A stretch of DNA of 61,737 nucleotides from an uncultured Acidimicrobiales bacterium (GTDB lineage: Bacteria; Actinomycetota; Acidimicrobiia; Acidimicrobiales; Poriferisodalaceae), in contig CAYGMW010000001.1 in assembly GCA_964350975.1 (NCBI GenBank), positions 1-61,737 of the forward strand, in the 5' to 3' direction. This document shows, piece by piece, positions 29,046 through 37,057 of this stretch (positions are counted from its first letter, which is position 1; the number at the start of each line of letters is the position of its first letter). The translations under genes and the position numbers were made by a program. The notes beneath the pieces are model-generated. The model did not search any database. It was not told where the DNA came from and worked only from the letters and a program-made list of their open reading frames with translations.

Positions 29046-29641
29046 CCAAACAAGGGACCCGGTTGACCCTCGAGCCGCAGTAGCGCTTGCTTGGTTTCAA
29101 TGCCTCCGGCGAAACCAGTCATCGCGCCGCTTGACCCAAGGACCCGATGGCACGGAACGATGATCGACACCGGGTTGCGGCCGGTCGCAGCACCCACCGC
29201 CCGGCTCGCCGTCGGACGGCCGAGCGAGGTGGCGACCTCGCCATAGGTTGCAGTGGTACCGAACTTGATCGTGCTCAGCTGGGTCCAGACGAGCCGCTGG
29301 AAGTCGGTGCCGGCTGGGTCGAGTTCGATCGAAAAGGTCTGCCGCTCGCCGCCGAAGTAGCCGCCGAGCTGATCGGCAGTCTCACTGATGAGCTGTCGAT
29401 GACGCTGATTGGCAGGCCCAATCTGGTCGAGAACCACGCGACCTGGTCGTTCAACGGGCCACAAGATGGCCGCGAGACCGCGTTCGCTTACGACGATGGT
29501 GAGGTCGCCCACCGGTGACGCATAGGTGGACTGGGCAAGGGTGGTCGAGTGGGACTTCATGATGGCTCCAACGCAGTCTCGCAGGTCGAGGGAGACATCT
29601 TCTCCATCTCCTGGGTCGACGAGTGCGACAGATTCGGACAT
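29042..29641 (-). CDS. ogt: Methylated-DNA--protein-cysteine methyltransferase
   Basis: It has the IIVPCHRVLGSSG active-site PCHR motif. The track starts at TTG 29647. ATG 29641 (MSESVALV...) is preferred. Confidence 0.9.
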   Translation of the reverse strand: MSESVALVDPGDGEDVSLDLRDCVGAIMKSHSTTLAQSTYASPVGDLTIVVSERGLAAILWPVERPGRVVLDQIGPANQRHRQLISETADQLGGYFGGERQTFSIELDPAGTDFQRLVWTQLSTIKFGTTATYGEVATSLGRPTASRAVGAATGRNPVSIIVPCHRVLGSSGAMTGFAGGIETKQALLRLEGQPGPLFG

Positions 29642-29665
29642 AGTCAAGATGTGTCCGAATCTGTC
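29627..29665. promoter_or_regulatory. Perfect 14-bp inverted repeat GACAGATTCGGACA-N11-TGTCCGAATCTGTC between/over the divergent ogt and ada-alkA starts
   Basis: Read directly. The left arm is 29627..29640 and the right arm is 29652..29665, and they are exact reverse complements. The left arm covers ogt codons 1-5. The right arm ends 2 nt before ATG 29668. Confidence 0.5.
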
Positions 29666-29667
29666 CT

Positions 29668-31083
29668 ATGGATCGCGTCGACGATCGTCATGATCAGCCC
29701 ATGGTGAATGTCACTGCGGTCAGAACCACCGGTATCTATTGCCACTCAGGTTGTTCGGCGCGCCCGAACCCGGCGAACACCGAGACGTATCCGTCCCAGG
29801 TTGCTGCCGAAGTTGCGGGGTTTCGGCCCTGCCTGCGCTGCCGCCCCGACCGGTTGACGGGGTCAGAGCTCGACGCCAGCGCACCAGCGCCGTTGCGTCG
29901 GGCGCTCGAACTCATTGGAGCGGGCATGCTCGACCAGCGCACAGAGTCGGACCTCGCGGCGGCAGTTGGGTACAGCGAGCGGCACCTGCGCCGGCTGTTC
30001 GTCGATCATCTCGGAGCGACACCCAACGTCCTCGGGCGGTCGCGTCGAGCTCACTTCGCCCGCCGCCTTCTCGATGAGTCACAGCTGAGCGTGACGGACA
30101 TCTGTTTCGCGTCGGGCTTCAATTCGGTGCGCCAGATGAATCGGGTGGTGCAGCAGACGTTTGCGTTCACCCCGACTGAGCTGCGGCGGCGTCGCCGTCG
30201 AACCCCCGACTTCATCGATGGGGGACTCGGGCTCACCTTGCCGGCGCCAGACCTTGACTGGCAGGCAACCCTTGACCACCTCGGGCCTCGTTGTACGCCC
30301 GGCGTCGAAGCCGTGATCGGCTCGATGTATGCCCGCACCTTCACCCTGTGCGGCCATGTCGGAGTGGTCGAGTTGGGCCAACAAGTGCCCAACGAGCTCC
30401 GAGTGGTTGTCCATCTGCCGGACTTCGCGGGGGTTATCGATGTGGTGCATCGGGTTCGCCGCCTCGTTGGACTCGATCTTCCCAACGCGGGCTCGGTGCC
30501 TGCGCTCGCCCACGACGAACTCCTGGCCCCCCACATTGCGGCTGCCCCATCGACTCGGGTCCCAGGGGCATGGGATCGCTTCGACAGCTTGATCAGGATC
30601 GTGGTCGGACAGCAGATCAGTGTGGTGGGCGCGTCAACCATGACCGGTCGACTGGTGGCAGCGTCCACAGCCCCGATCGAAGGGTTGGGGCGGCTCGGAC
30701 TCGATCGACGGTTCCCGACACCGTCTGAGCTGGCGGACACCGACCTCGAGTCGTGCGGGTTCACCTCGGCGCGTGCCAACACCATTCGCGAGCTTGCCGC
30801 ACGCGTGGCCGACGGCCGGGTGACCTTGGACGCCCCAGCCGACGCGCTCACCGATGCTCTTGTTGACATTCGCGGCATCGGCCCGTGGACTGCCGGCCTC
30901 GTCGCGATGCGGGTGTCGCGCTCGCTCGATGCGTTCGCCCCGAGCGACCTCGGACTACGCGATGGGGTCGGGCGCGTGCTCAACTGCGGACGTGTCGACG
31001 CAAAGACCGTGGCGACGACCGCCGAGCGCTGGTCGCCATTTCGGTCAGTGGCAGCGGCCGTGCTGTGGGGTATCAGGCCCTAA
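29668..31083 (+). CDS. alkA: Ada (Zn/methyl-acceptor + AraC HTH) - AlkA (DNA-3-methyladenine glycosylase II) fusion
   Basis: 471 aa. N-terminal YCHSGCSARP...FRPCLRCRP is the Ada Cys4 domain. The AraC-type HTH is ...YSERHLRRLF...ICFASGFNSVRQMNR. The C-terminal HhH-GPD region is LVDIRGIGPWTA. Confidence 0.9.
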   Translation: MDRVDDRHDQPMVNVTAVRTTGIYCHSGCSARPNPANTETYPSQVAAEVAGFRPCLRCRPDRLTGSELDASAPAPLRRALELIGAGMLDQRTESDLAAAVGYSERHLRRLFVDHLGATPNVLGRSRRAHFARRLLDESQLSVTDICFASGFNSVRQMNRVVQQTFAFTPTELRRRRRRTPDFIDGGLGLTLPAPDLDWQATLDHLGPRCTPGVEAVIGSMYARTFTLCGHVGVVELGQQVPNELRVVVHLPDFAGVIDVVHRVRRLVGLDLPNAGSVPALAHDELLAPHIAAAPSTRVPGAWDRFDSLIRIVVGQQISVVGASTMTGRLVAASTAPIEGLGRLGLDRRFPTPSELADTDLESCGFTSARANTIRELAARVADGRVTLDAPADALTDALVDIRGIGPWTAGLVAMRVSRSLDAFAPSDLGLRDGVGRVLNCGRVDAKTVATTAERWSPFRSVAAAVLWGIRP

Positions 31084-31685
31084 GACGCACGGCCCGTCGG
31101 CGAGGGCTGGCTCATCGTCGATCCGAGGCCCAACCAGAGCATGTCGGCAAGCTGATCGGCGAGCTCGGCTGGGTCGGTGTTCGGTTCGCTCGACAACCAG
31201 TGGCGGCAGGCGCCTTCGGCCATGCCCACAATGGCGTGGGCGAACCGGCCGGTGTCGACTTCGGTGATGCGTGCGTCGACCATCTGGGCGATTGCCCCAG
31301 CCATCGACCTCTCGACATCACGAGCTGAACCGGCGAACTCGTCGGTGGTTTGGGCGCCGCTGCCAAACAGCAGCCTGAACTCGGTGCGGTGGTCCTGCAC
31401 GAAGACGAAATAGGCGAGCAGTCCGGCGCGGACTTGGGCCCGTCCTTGTTCGGCGGCCTGAACCGCGTTCGTGACCACGGCCGCCAGATCGTTGCTGACA
31501 TCGGCCAACAGCTCGCGGTACAAGTCGCCCTTGGACGGGAAGTGTTGGTAGAGCACGGGTTTGGTGACGCCCGCGGCGTCGGCCACGTCGTTCATGGTGG
31601 CGCCGTGGTACCCGTCTCGTGAAAAGACCTTGAGGGCAACCGTCATGAGCTGACGCCGCCGATCGGCTGCGGCCATGCGAGCCAT
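31080..31685 (-). CDS. TetR family transcriptional regulator
   Basis: Track ORF is 31080..31781. Start moved to ATG 31685 (MARMAAADRRRQLM...). The HTH is ATMNDVADAAGVTKPVLYQHFPSKGDLY. Confidence 0.88.
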   Translation of the reverse strand: MARMAAADRRRQLMTVALKVFSRDGYHGATMNDVADAAGVTKPVLYQHFPSKGDLYRELLADVSNDLAAVVTNAVQAAEQGRAQVRAGLLAYFVFVQDHRTEFRLLFGSGAQTTDEFAGSARDVERSMAGAIAQMVDARITEVDTGRFAHAIVGMAEGACRHWLSSEPNTDPAELADQLADMLWLGLGSTMSQPSPTGRAS

Positions 31686-31686
31686 G

Positions 31687-31953
31687 TCAGTGGCCGTCCG
31701 GAAGGCCGAGGTCGTGGCGTTCGGCGGCCTTGATGCCGTAGCCGAACACGATCGCGGGGGCAAGCAGCAGCGAGCCAACAATGAGGCTGGCCGTGATCAG
31801 GGTGGTGATCACGGTGTTGAAGCTGGCGACAAAGCCGACGATGAACAACACGATGGAGGCCAAGAACAACCCATATCCGGCGCGCTGACCAAATGACACC
31901 AGCCGAGCAATCTGGGCTCGCCGGATCAAGATCGGATCGACTGGGTCGTTCAT
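31687..31953 (-). CDS. Small two-helix membrane protein, unknown function
   Basis: 88-aa ORF with two hydrophobic segments (GYGLFLASIVLFIVGFVASF, TLITASLIVGSLLLAPAIVFGYG). Its stop lies 1 nt before the TetR ATG. Confidence 0.6.
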   Translation of the reverse strand: MNDPVDPILIRRAQIARLVSFGQRAGYGLFLASIVLFIVGFVASFNTVITTLITASLIVGSLLLAPAIVFGYGIKAAERHDLGLPDGH

Positions 31954-32013
31954 GACATGCCTTGCGTTCGTTGGTGGCCTACGAGTCGGCGGCGCGGGAT
32001 CAAGGTCACCACG

Positions 32014-32727
32014 TCAGTCCCAGCTGGCAGAACCTTCGACGATCGTAGGACTCGTGTGCGGGTTCGCCACCGGACGAGCCAACCCCTCGGCTCCAGAGGA
32101 GGTCACGAACGCGGGCAATTCTTCGTCGACGGGTTTCGGTTGGGGTTGGGGGCGGTCGCGCAAGTCAAGGATCGGCGCGTTGGCCATCACCGGTTGATCG
32201 TCAGATCCGAGAGGCCGAACGAGCCGAACTCCGACATTGATGAGCCCGAGCAGCACGATGAGGTCGCCGAACGTGAAGACCTCTTTGAGGGGACGTGCCG
32301 GGACGATGGCGCCGAGAGGCTTGAGCAAGTCGTCGGTTTCCTCAAACCGGCGGCCAGTCCCAAGCTCGACGAAGTCGATGGTGTCGCTGGTGGCGATGCC
32401 AGCGCCGATGACCGCACTCTCACGCACCGGCATGTCGCCGTTGAGTAGCACTGGTGTGAGGTTGGCAATGATGCCCACACCAACGACCGCCATGCCGACG
32501 ATATGCAGGTTGGCGAACGCAAAGCCAGCGAACAGCAGCAGGCTGAGCGGCAACAAGAAGCGGGCCATGGGCGGGTCGTCAACGAACGCGACGAGCGCCG
32601 CCGCGGCCAGCGCGGGGATGGCCAGGGGCCACAGCTTGATCGACAGGTCGGGAAGGGTCGCAAAACTGCCACCCATCATGAGGCCGACAAGTAGCCCAAC
32701 GGGAAGTGCCGCAATCAGGATCCACAT
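32014..32727 (-). CDS. Integral membrane protein (possibly DUF5317-like; assignment tentative)
   Basis: 237 aa. It has 4-5 hydrophobic helices, then a Pro-rich hydrophilic tail. It has an FTFGDLIVLLG motif. Confidence 0.6.
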   Translation of the reverse strand: MWILIAALPVGLLVGLMMGGSFATLPDLSIKLWPLAIPALAAAALVAFVDDPPMARFLLPLSLLLFAGFAFANLHIVGMAVVGVGIIANLTPVLLNGDMPVRESAVIGAGIATSDTIDFVELGTGRRFEETDDLLKPLGAIVPARPLKEVFTFGDLIVLLGLINVGVRLVRPLGSDDQPVMANAPILDLRDRPQPQPKPVDEELPAFVTSSGAEGLARPVANPHTSPTIVEGSASWD

Positions 32728-32777
32728 CGAGCGGACACGCTAGTTCAGCGACAGCCGTTCGACCACGTGGTCAACAA

Positions 32778-33947
32778 TTACAGGTTCCAGGCAACAGCTC
32801 GGGAAATGAAATCGAAGAAGAACATCAGCGCAATCAAGAACAGTGGTGCGCCGATGGCATAGGCGAGCCACTTGCGCCATCGGTTGGACGCCAGCCAGAT
32901 CGCGAACCCGATGAACGCGGTGAGCAGGCCGGTGAAGATGGCCGGGAACACCGCATCGGGATCGGCCCCGATTCCGCCGTCGGCGACCTCAGTGATGGTC
33001 TGCGACCGGGCTGGAGTCGACGCTGGCACCGTGGTTGGGGTCGGAGCAACGGGTTCGGGGAGGGCATCGAGGCTCTCGCCCGGCTCGGTCTCAAATGACT
33101 GCCCGTCGTCGGCCAACTCGGCAATCGCAGCACCGTCGACTGCGAGCTGAGTCGGATCAGATGGAGCCGGGTCGCCTAACAACTCAGCCACGATGACGAG
33201 GCGTTCGCGTGCGCTCCAACGCGGGTGGCAGGTGGTGAGCGTCAGGCGGTTGTCCTCGGTCGGGTTGAGCACGAAGACGTCTTTGGGCTTGACGATCACC
33301 TGCTCGACGACGCGGTAGACGAATGATCCTTGGACGGTCGTCACATAGATCAAGTCGTTTTCGGCCAACTCGTCGAGGTTGTGGAACGGCGAGCCGTAGG
33401 TGGTGCGGTGTCCGGCGATCGCCGAGTTGCCGGCCTGTCCCGGCAATGGCGTTCCGGGGTAGTGGCCCGGGCCCTTCTTGAGTTCGTCGACCCCGACACC
33501 TTCCACGATGGTCTTCGTGAGACCGATGCTCGGAATCCGGATCTGGGCGATGCCTTCGCCCTCTTTGGCCGGCGGCGGCGGGGGCCCAACGTCTCGGTTG
33601 ACGACCTCAGCCGGCAGATTCGACAGATCGATCACGTTTGTGGTGCCGAGCTCGCCGGTCTCGACTCGGACGACTGCTGCTTCGGGTGTGTTGTCAATCG
33701 CCGACGCGGACTGCACCGCAGTCGGGTCGAGGCTTTCGGGGAGAGCGACGTCGGCCAAGTCGGCGCGATCGGCGTCTTCGCCGAGTTGTTCTTCGAGGGC
33801 GGCGTTGAAGTCGTCAGCGAGTGCGTCTTGGGCGCGGGCTTCTTGGAGCCCGGTTCCCCACAGTTGGTAGACGACGAACAGCAAGATCAGCGTTCCCGTG
33901 CCGATGAGGGTGCGGCCGATGTTGCCGATGATGCGGCTCCAGTTCAT
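32778..33947 (-). CDS. Class E-like sortase with extra C-terminal two-helix membrane domain
   Basis: Start is ATG 33947 with GAGGTGA upstream. It has an N-terminal TM segment. Catalytic motifs are IAGHRTTYG (His), TLTTCHP (TLxTC Cys) and RERLVIVAEL (Arg). The C-terminal ~60 aa form two hydrophobic helices. Confidence 0.85.
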   Translation of the reverse strand: MNWSRIIGNIGRTLIGTGTLILLFVVYQLWGTGLQEARAQDALADDFNAALEEQLGEDADRADLADVALPESLDPTAVQSASAIDNTPEAAVVRVETGELGTTNVIDLSNLPAEVVNRDVGPPPPPAKEGEGIAQIRIPSIGLTKTIVEGVGVDELKKGPGHYPGTPLPGQAGNSAIAGHRTTYGSPFHNLDELAENDLIYVTTVQGSFVYRVVEQVIVKPKDVFVLNPTEDNRLTLTTCHPRWSARERLVIVAELLGDPAPSDPTQLAVDGAAIAELADDGQSFETEPGESLDALPEPVAPTPTTVPASTPARSQTITEVADGGIGADPDAVFPAIFTGLLTAFIGFAIWLASNRWRKWLAYAIGAPLFLIALMFFFDFISRAVAWNL

Positions 33948-34116
33948 TGGCTCACCTCGGCTTCCTGGTCTCGGGTAGTCATCATGCGGGGAGCCCACAA
34001 CGGTAGGGGCTGGTTGGGGCTTTGTTGGTTCGCTGGGCCGGCATCGGGGTTTCGACGTGGGCCATCACCTCGTTGTCGTCGACCGACATGGCCACGACCC
34101 AACTAGTCTCAGCCGA

Positions 34117-34803
34117 ATGTCGACGGCCATTTCTACGAGCGAGGCCGTCGTGCTACTCGGACGTTTTCCTGCGCTCGCCGGGGCCTCGGCCACGATCGAG
34201 CAGGGCGAGGTGGTGCTGCTCCGAGGGCCAAACGGGGTCGGCAAGACCACTTTTCTTCGGATGTGCGCCGGACTTTTGGCGGTGACATCAGGATCCGTGA
34301 ACGTGCTCGGCCACGACCTCACCCAGGCCCGACGTTCGGTCCGCAAACACGTGGGGCTGCTGGGCCACCAGACCTACCTCTATGACGACCTGACCGTTCG
34401 TGACAATCTCGAGTTCTGGTCGGCAACAGTCGGAGTCGGCAAGGAGTTCGCTGTCGCCGCTGCTCGCCGCGTCGGTATCGAACACCGGCTGATGACCGTC
34501 GAAGTCGAGCGATTATCAGCTGGTCAGCGGCGCCGTGTCGCGCTGGCTGTGCTGGTGGCACGCCGGCCGCGTTTATGGCTCCTCGACGAGCCCCACGCGG
34601 GGCTCGACCAAGATGGTCGCGACATGCTCGATGGGCTGCTTCGAGAAGCGGCCTCGGCTGGCGCCACGGTGGTGTTTGCTAGCCACGAACTGGAGCGAGC
34701 CCACGCGGTTGCTGACCGAGAGCTGCTGTTCGCGGGCGGGTGCATCGTTTCCGATACTCGCCTGGTTCACCGAACGCCTCCTGAGGCATCGAGCCCCGCA
34801 TGA
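34117..34803 (+). CDS. ccmA: Heme exporter ATP-binding protein CcmA
   Basis: Start moved to ATG 34117 (track 34057). It has GPNGVGKTT (Walker A), LSAGQRRRVAL (signature) and LWLLDEP (Walker B). Confidence 0.88.
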   Translation: MSTAISTSEAVVLLGRFPALAGASATIEQGEVVLLRGPNGVGKTTFLRMCAGLLAVTSGSVNVLGHDLTQARRSVRKHVGLLGHQTYLYDDLTVRDNLEFWSATVGVGKEFAVAAARRVGIEHRLMTVEVERLSAGQRRRVALAVLVARRPRLWLLDEPHAGLDQDGRDMLDGLLREAASAGATVVFASHELERAHAVADRELLFAGGCIVSDTRLVHRTPPEASSPA

Positions 34804-35474
34804 GCTGGTGGCGCGCAGCGTGGCTGATTGCACGCAAGGACCTCACGATCGAACTCAGGTCGCGTGGCACGATCAATCAGGTGGCGCCGCTCGGGCTGTT
34901 GATCCTGGTTGTGTTCGCGTTCGCGTTCGACCAGAACGCCCAGCTTCTTGAGCTCGGTAGCCCCGGCTTGTTCTGGGTTGGAGTGCTGTTCAGCGGCATC
35001 TTGACGGTGCAGCGGGCCTTCACCACTGAAGGTTCCGACGGGCTCACCGACGCACTGCGGCTCAGCGGTATTGGTCCCGCATCGATCTATCTCGGCAAGA
35101 CGCTGGCGGTCGCCGTCCAGCTGTTGGCGTTGGAGGTGGTCTTGCTGGCCGGAATCATCGTGCTGTTCGACGGCTCTGTCGACGATTGGCTCCTGCTCGG
35201 CGTTTCGGCCCTGGTCGGCACGGGGGCGTTCGCGGCGGCTGGCTGTATCTATGGGGCGATGTCGCTGGGCTTGCGTGTGCGCGAGACACTGTTGCCGTTG
35301 TTACTCATGCCCGTGGTGGCTCCGCTGCTGCTTGCGGGCAGTCGAGCATTCGAACACGCGCTCGGCGTTGGCGACGAACCTGGGTGGAGTTGGGTTGGAT
35401 TGTCCGGGGTGATGTTCGTTGTTTACCTCGCCCTGGGTACGCTGTCGGCCAGCCCGCTCTTGGAGGATGGTTGA
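34800..35474 (+). CDS. ccmB: Heme exporter permease CcmB
   Basis: 224 aa and polytopic. It has the FTTEGSDGLTDAL CcmB-type motif. It has an ATGA overlap with ccmA. Confidence 0.88.
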   Translation: MSWWRAAWLIARKDLTIELRSRGTINQVAPLGLLILVVFAFAFDQNAQLLELGSPGLFWVGVLFSGILTVQRAFTTEGSDGLTDALRLSGIGPASIYLGKTLAVAVQLLALEVVLLAGIIVLFDGSVDDWLLLGVSALVGTGAFAAAGCIYGAMSLGLRVRETLLPLLLMPVVAPLLLAGSRAFEHALGVGDEPGWSWVGLSGVMFVVYLALGTLSASPLLEDG

Positions 35475-35476
35475 TC

Positions 35477-36259
35477 GTGCGTGCCGCGACCTCGACAGCT
35501 ACTCGTTCGGCAACCGCTTCGATCGCCACCCGCATTTTGGGATGGATGTCCCTCGCGTCACTGAGCGCCGTCGCCTACCTCGGCTTGGTGGTCTCGCCCC
35601 GCGACATCAACCAAGGCGAGGCGGTTCGGTTGATGTACCTACATTTGCCGGTGATCTGGATCGCATATGGCGCGTTCATCACCTCAGCGGTTGCCAGTGC
35701 CTGGCTGTTGTGGCGTGGTCCTCGTCGACCGGACCAGGGCCGCCATCTTGACCGGGTTGCCGGCGCTGCCGCCGAAGTCGGCGTCGTGTTCACGGCCTTG
35801 ACCCTCATCACCGGTGCAATGTGGGGCCGCATCACCTGGGGCGTCTACTGGCAATGGGACGCCCGCCTCACCACCACGGCAATCATGTTCGTGAGCTACC
35901 TCGGTTATCTGGCGTTGCGTCGAATCCCAGCCGACCCCGTGGTGAGATCGCGCCGTGCCGCTATCGCAGCGCTGGTGTCGGCGGCCAACTTGCCCCTTGT
36001 TCACTTCAGCGTCGACTGGTGGGTCACCTTGCACCAAGAAGCCAGCCTGCGCTCGCTGGCCGATCCCGACATCACTGGCGACATGCTCATGGTCTTGTTG
36101 TTCTCAGTTGTTGCGTTCACCATCGTCGGACTGTGGCTCATGACCCACCGCTACCGCGTCATCCGGCTCGAGGAGATCCTCGAAGAAGAGGGCCTCGAGG
36201 CCGCTCTCGCCAGCCGGCGCAGTGAGCGAGCCAGCCGCGTCACCGCGGGGGTGAACTAA
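35477..36259 (+). CDS. ccmC: Heme exporter protein CcmC
   Basis: Track ORF 35186..36259 overlaps ccmB. The in-frame GTG 35477 lies 2 nt after the ccmB stop. The WWD motif is WGVYWQWDARLT. Confidence 0.88.
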   Translation: MRAATSTATRSATASIATRILGWMSLASLSAVAYLGLVVSPRDINQGEAVRLMYLHLPVIWIAYGAFITSAVASAWLLWRGPRRPDQGRHLDRVAGAAAEVGVVFTALTLITGAMWGRITWGVYWQWDARLTTTAIMFVSYLGYLALRRIPADPVVRSRRAAIAALVSAANLPLVHFSVDWWVTLHQEASLRSLADPDITGDMLMVLLFSVVAFTIVGLWLMTHRYRVIRLEEILEEEGLEAALASRRSERASRVTAGVN

Positions 36260-36435
36260 TGGAATCCTGGGGGATGATCATCAGCGGATACGGCGTCGTT
36301 TTTGGTGCCGTTCTCCTATATGCCTTGGTGGTCGTGCGACGCGGCCGCCGTCTTGCAGCAGAACTCGGGCTGGGGACGCCCGACAACGAGGGGGATGCAC
36401 TGGCAGGCGACCAGCACAACCCTCCATGGAACTGA
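36259..36435 (+). CDS. ccmD: Heme exporter protein CcmD (58 aa, absent from ORF track)
   Basis: Own translation: MESWGMIISGYGVVFGAVLLYALVVVRRGRRLAAELGLGTPDNEGDALAGDQHNPPWN*. It has a single TM helix followed by a basic RRGRR patch. It has a TAATG overlap with the ccmC stop. Confidence 0.8.
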   Translation: MESWGMIISGYGVVFGAVLLYALVVVRRGRRLAAELGLGTPDNEGDALAGDQHNPPWN

Positions 36436-36460
36436 TTCTCAACCCCACAAGTGAGTCGAA

Positions 36461-37057
36461 GTGAACGACGATCCCACAGTTGCCGGTTTCGACGATGGGC
36501 TTGATCTCGCCCCGCGAACCGACCTTGACGATGCCCAAGCGCTCCGCCGTGAATTGAGGCAGGGCCAGCGAAAGTGGTTGGTCTTGGCTGGCGTGGTCAT
36601 CGTTGCCGCGCTCGGGTTCTTGGTGCTGCAATTCTTGCGAGACGCCACGGTGTTCTTCCGCAACGTCGATGAAGCCGTCGCCGAGCGCGAAGAACTTGGC
36701 GATCGACGGTTCCGGCTTCAAGGCCGGGTGATCCCCGACTCGGTGCGCGTCGACGGCGACGTGGTGTCGTTCGAGGTCCTGTATGGCTGTGCCACCGCGT
36801 CGGTTCGTCACCTGTCTGACCCACCCGAGCTCTTCGACAACCCGTGGATTCCCGTGGTACTTGAGGGCAACTGGGAGCCCGGCGACGTCGAACTCGTGTC
36901 GGGCCCAGATGACCACGTCTTTGTGTCGGACCGGATGCTCATCAAGCACACCAATGAGTACTCAGCCGATTATGAGGATCGGGTCGAAACCAATCTTCCA
37001 GACGACTTCTTGGTGGGTTGCGATCTGACCCCAGCCGATGTCGGGCTCGAGTTGTGA
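36461..37057 (+). CDS. ccmE: Cytochrome c-type biogenesis heme chaperone CcmE
   Basis: 198 aa with a GTG start. It has an N-terminal TM anchor and an OB-fold core RLQGRV...V.F. The heme-binding motif is KHTNEY (HxxxY). Confidence 0.88.
   Translation: MNDDPTVAGFDDGLDLAPRTDLDDAQALRRELRQGQRKWLVLAGVVIVAALGFLVLQFLRDATVFFRNVDEAVAEREELGDRRFRLQGRVIPDSVRVDGDVVSFEVLYGCATASVRHLSDPPELFDNPWIPVVLEGNWEPGDVELVSGPDDHVFVSDRMLIKHTNEYSADYEDRVETNLPDDFLVGCDLTPADVGLEL

Noticed and set aside
35186-35476. 97-codon N-terminal extension of ccmC (similar extensions are ccmH 39266..39610, ccmF 37018..37053 and ccmA 34057..34116)
   Set aside because: The extensions overlap the preceding ccm gene in another frame. In-frame GTG/ATG starts positioned at the upstream stop codons give canonical protein lengths and translational coupling.
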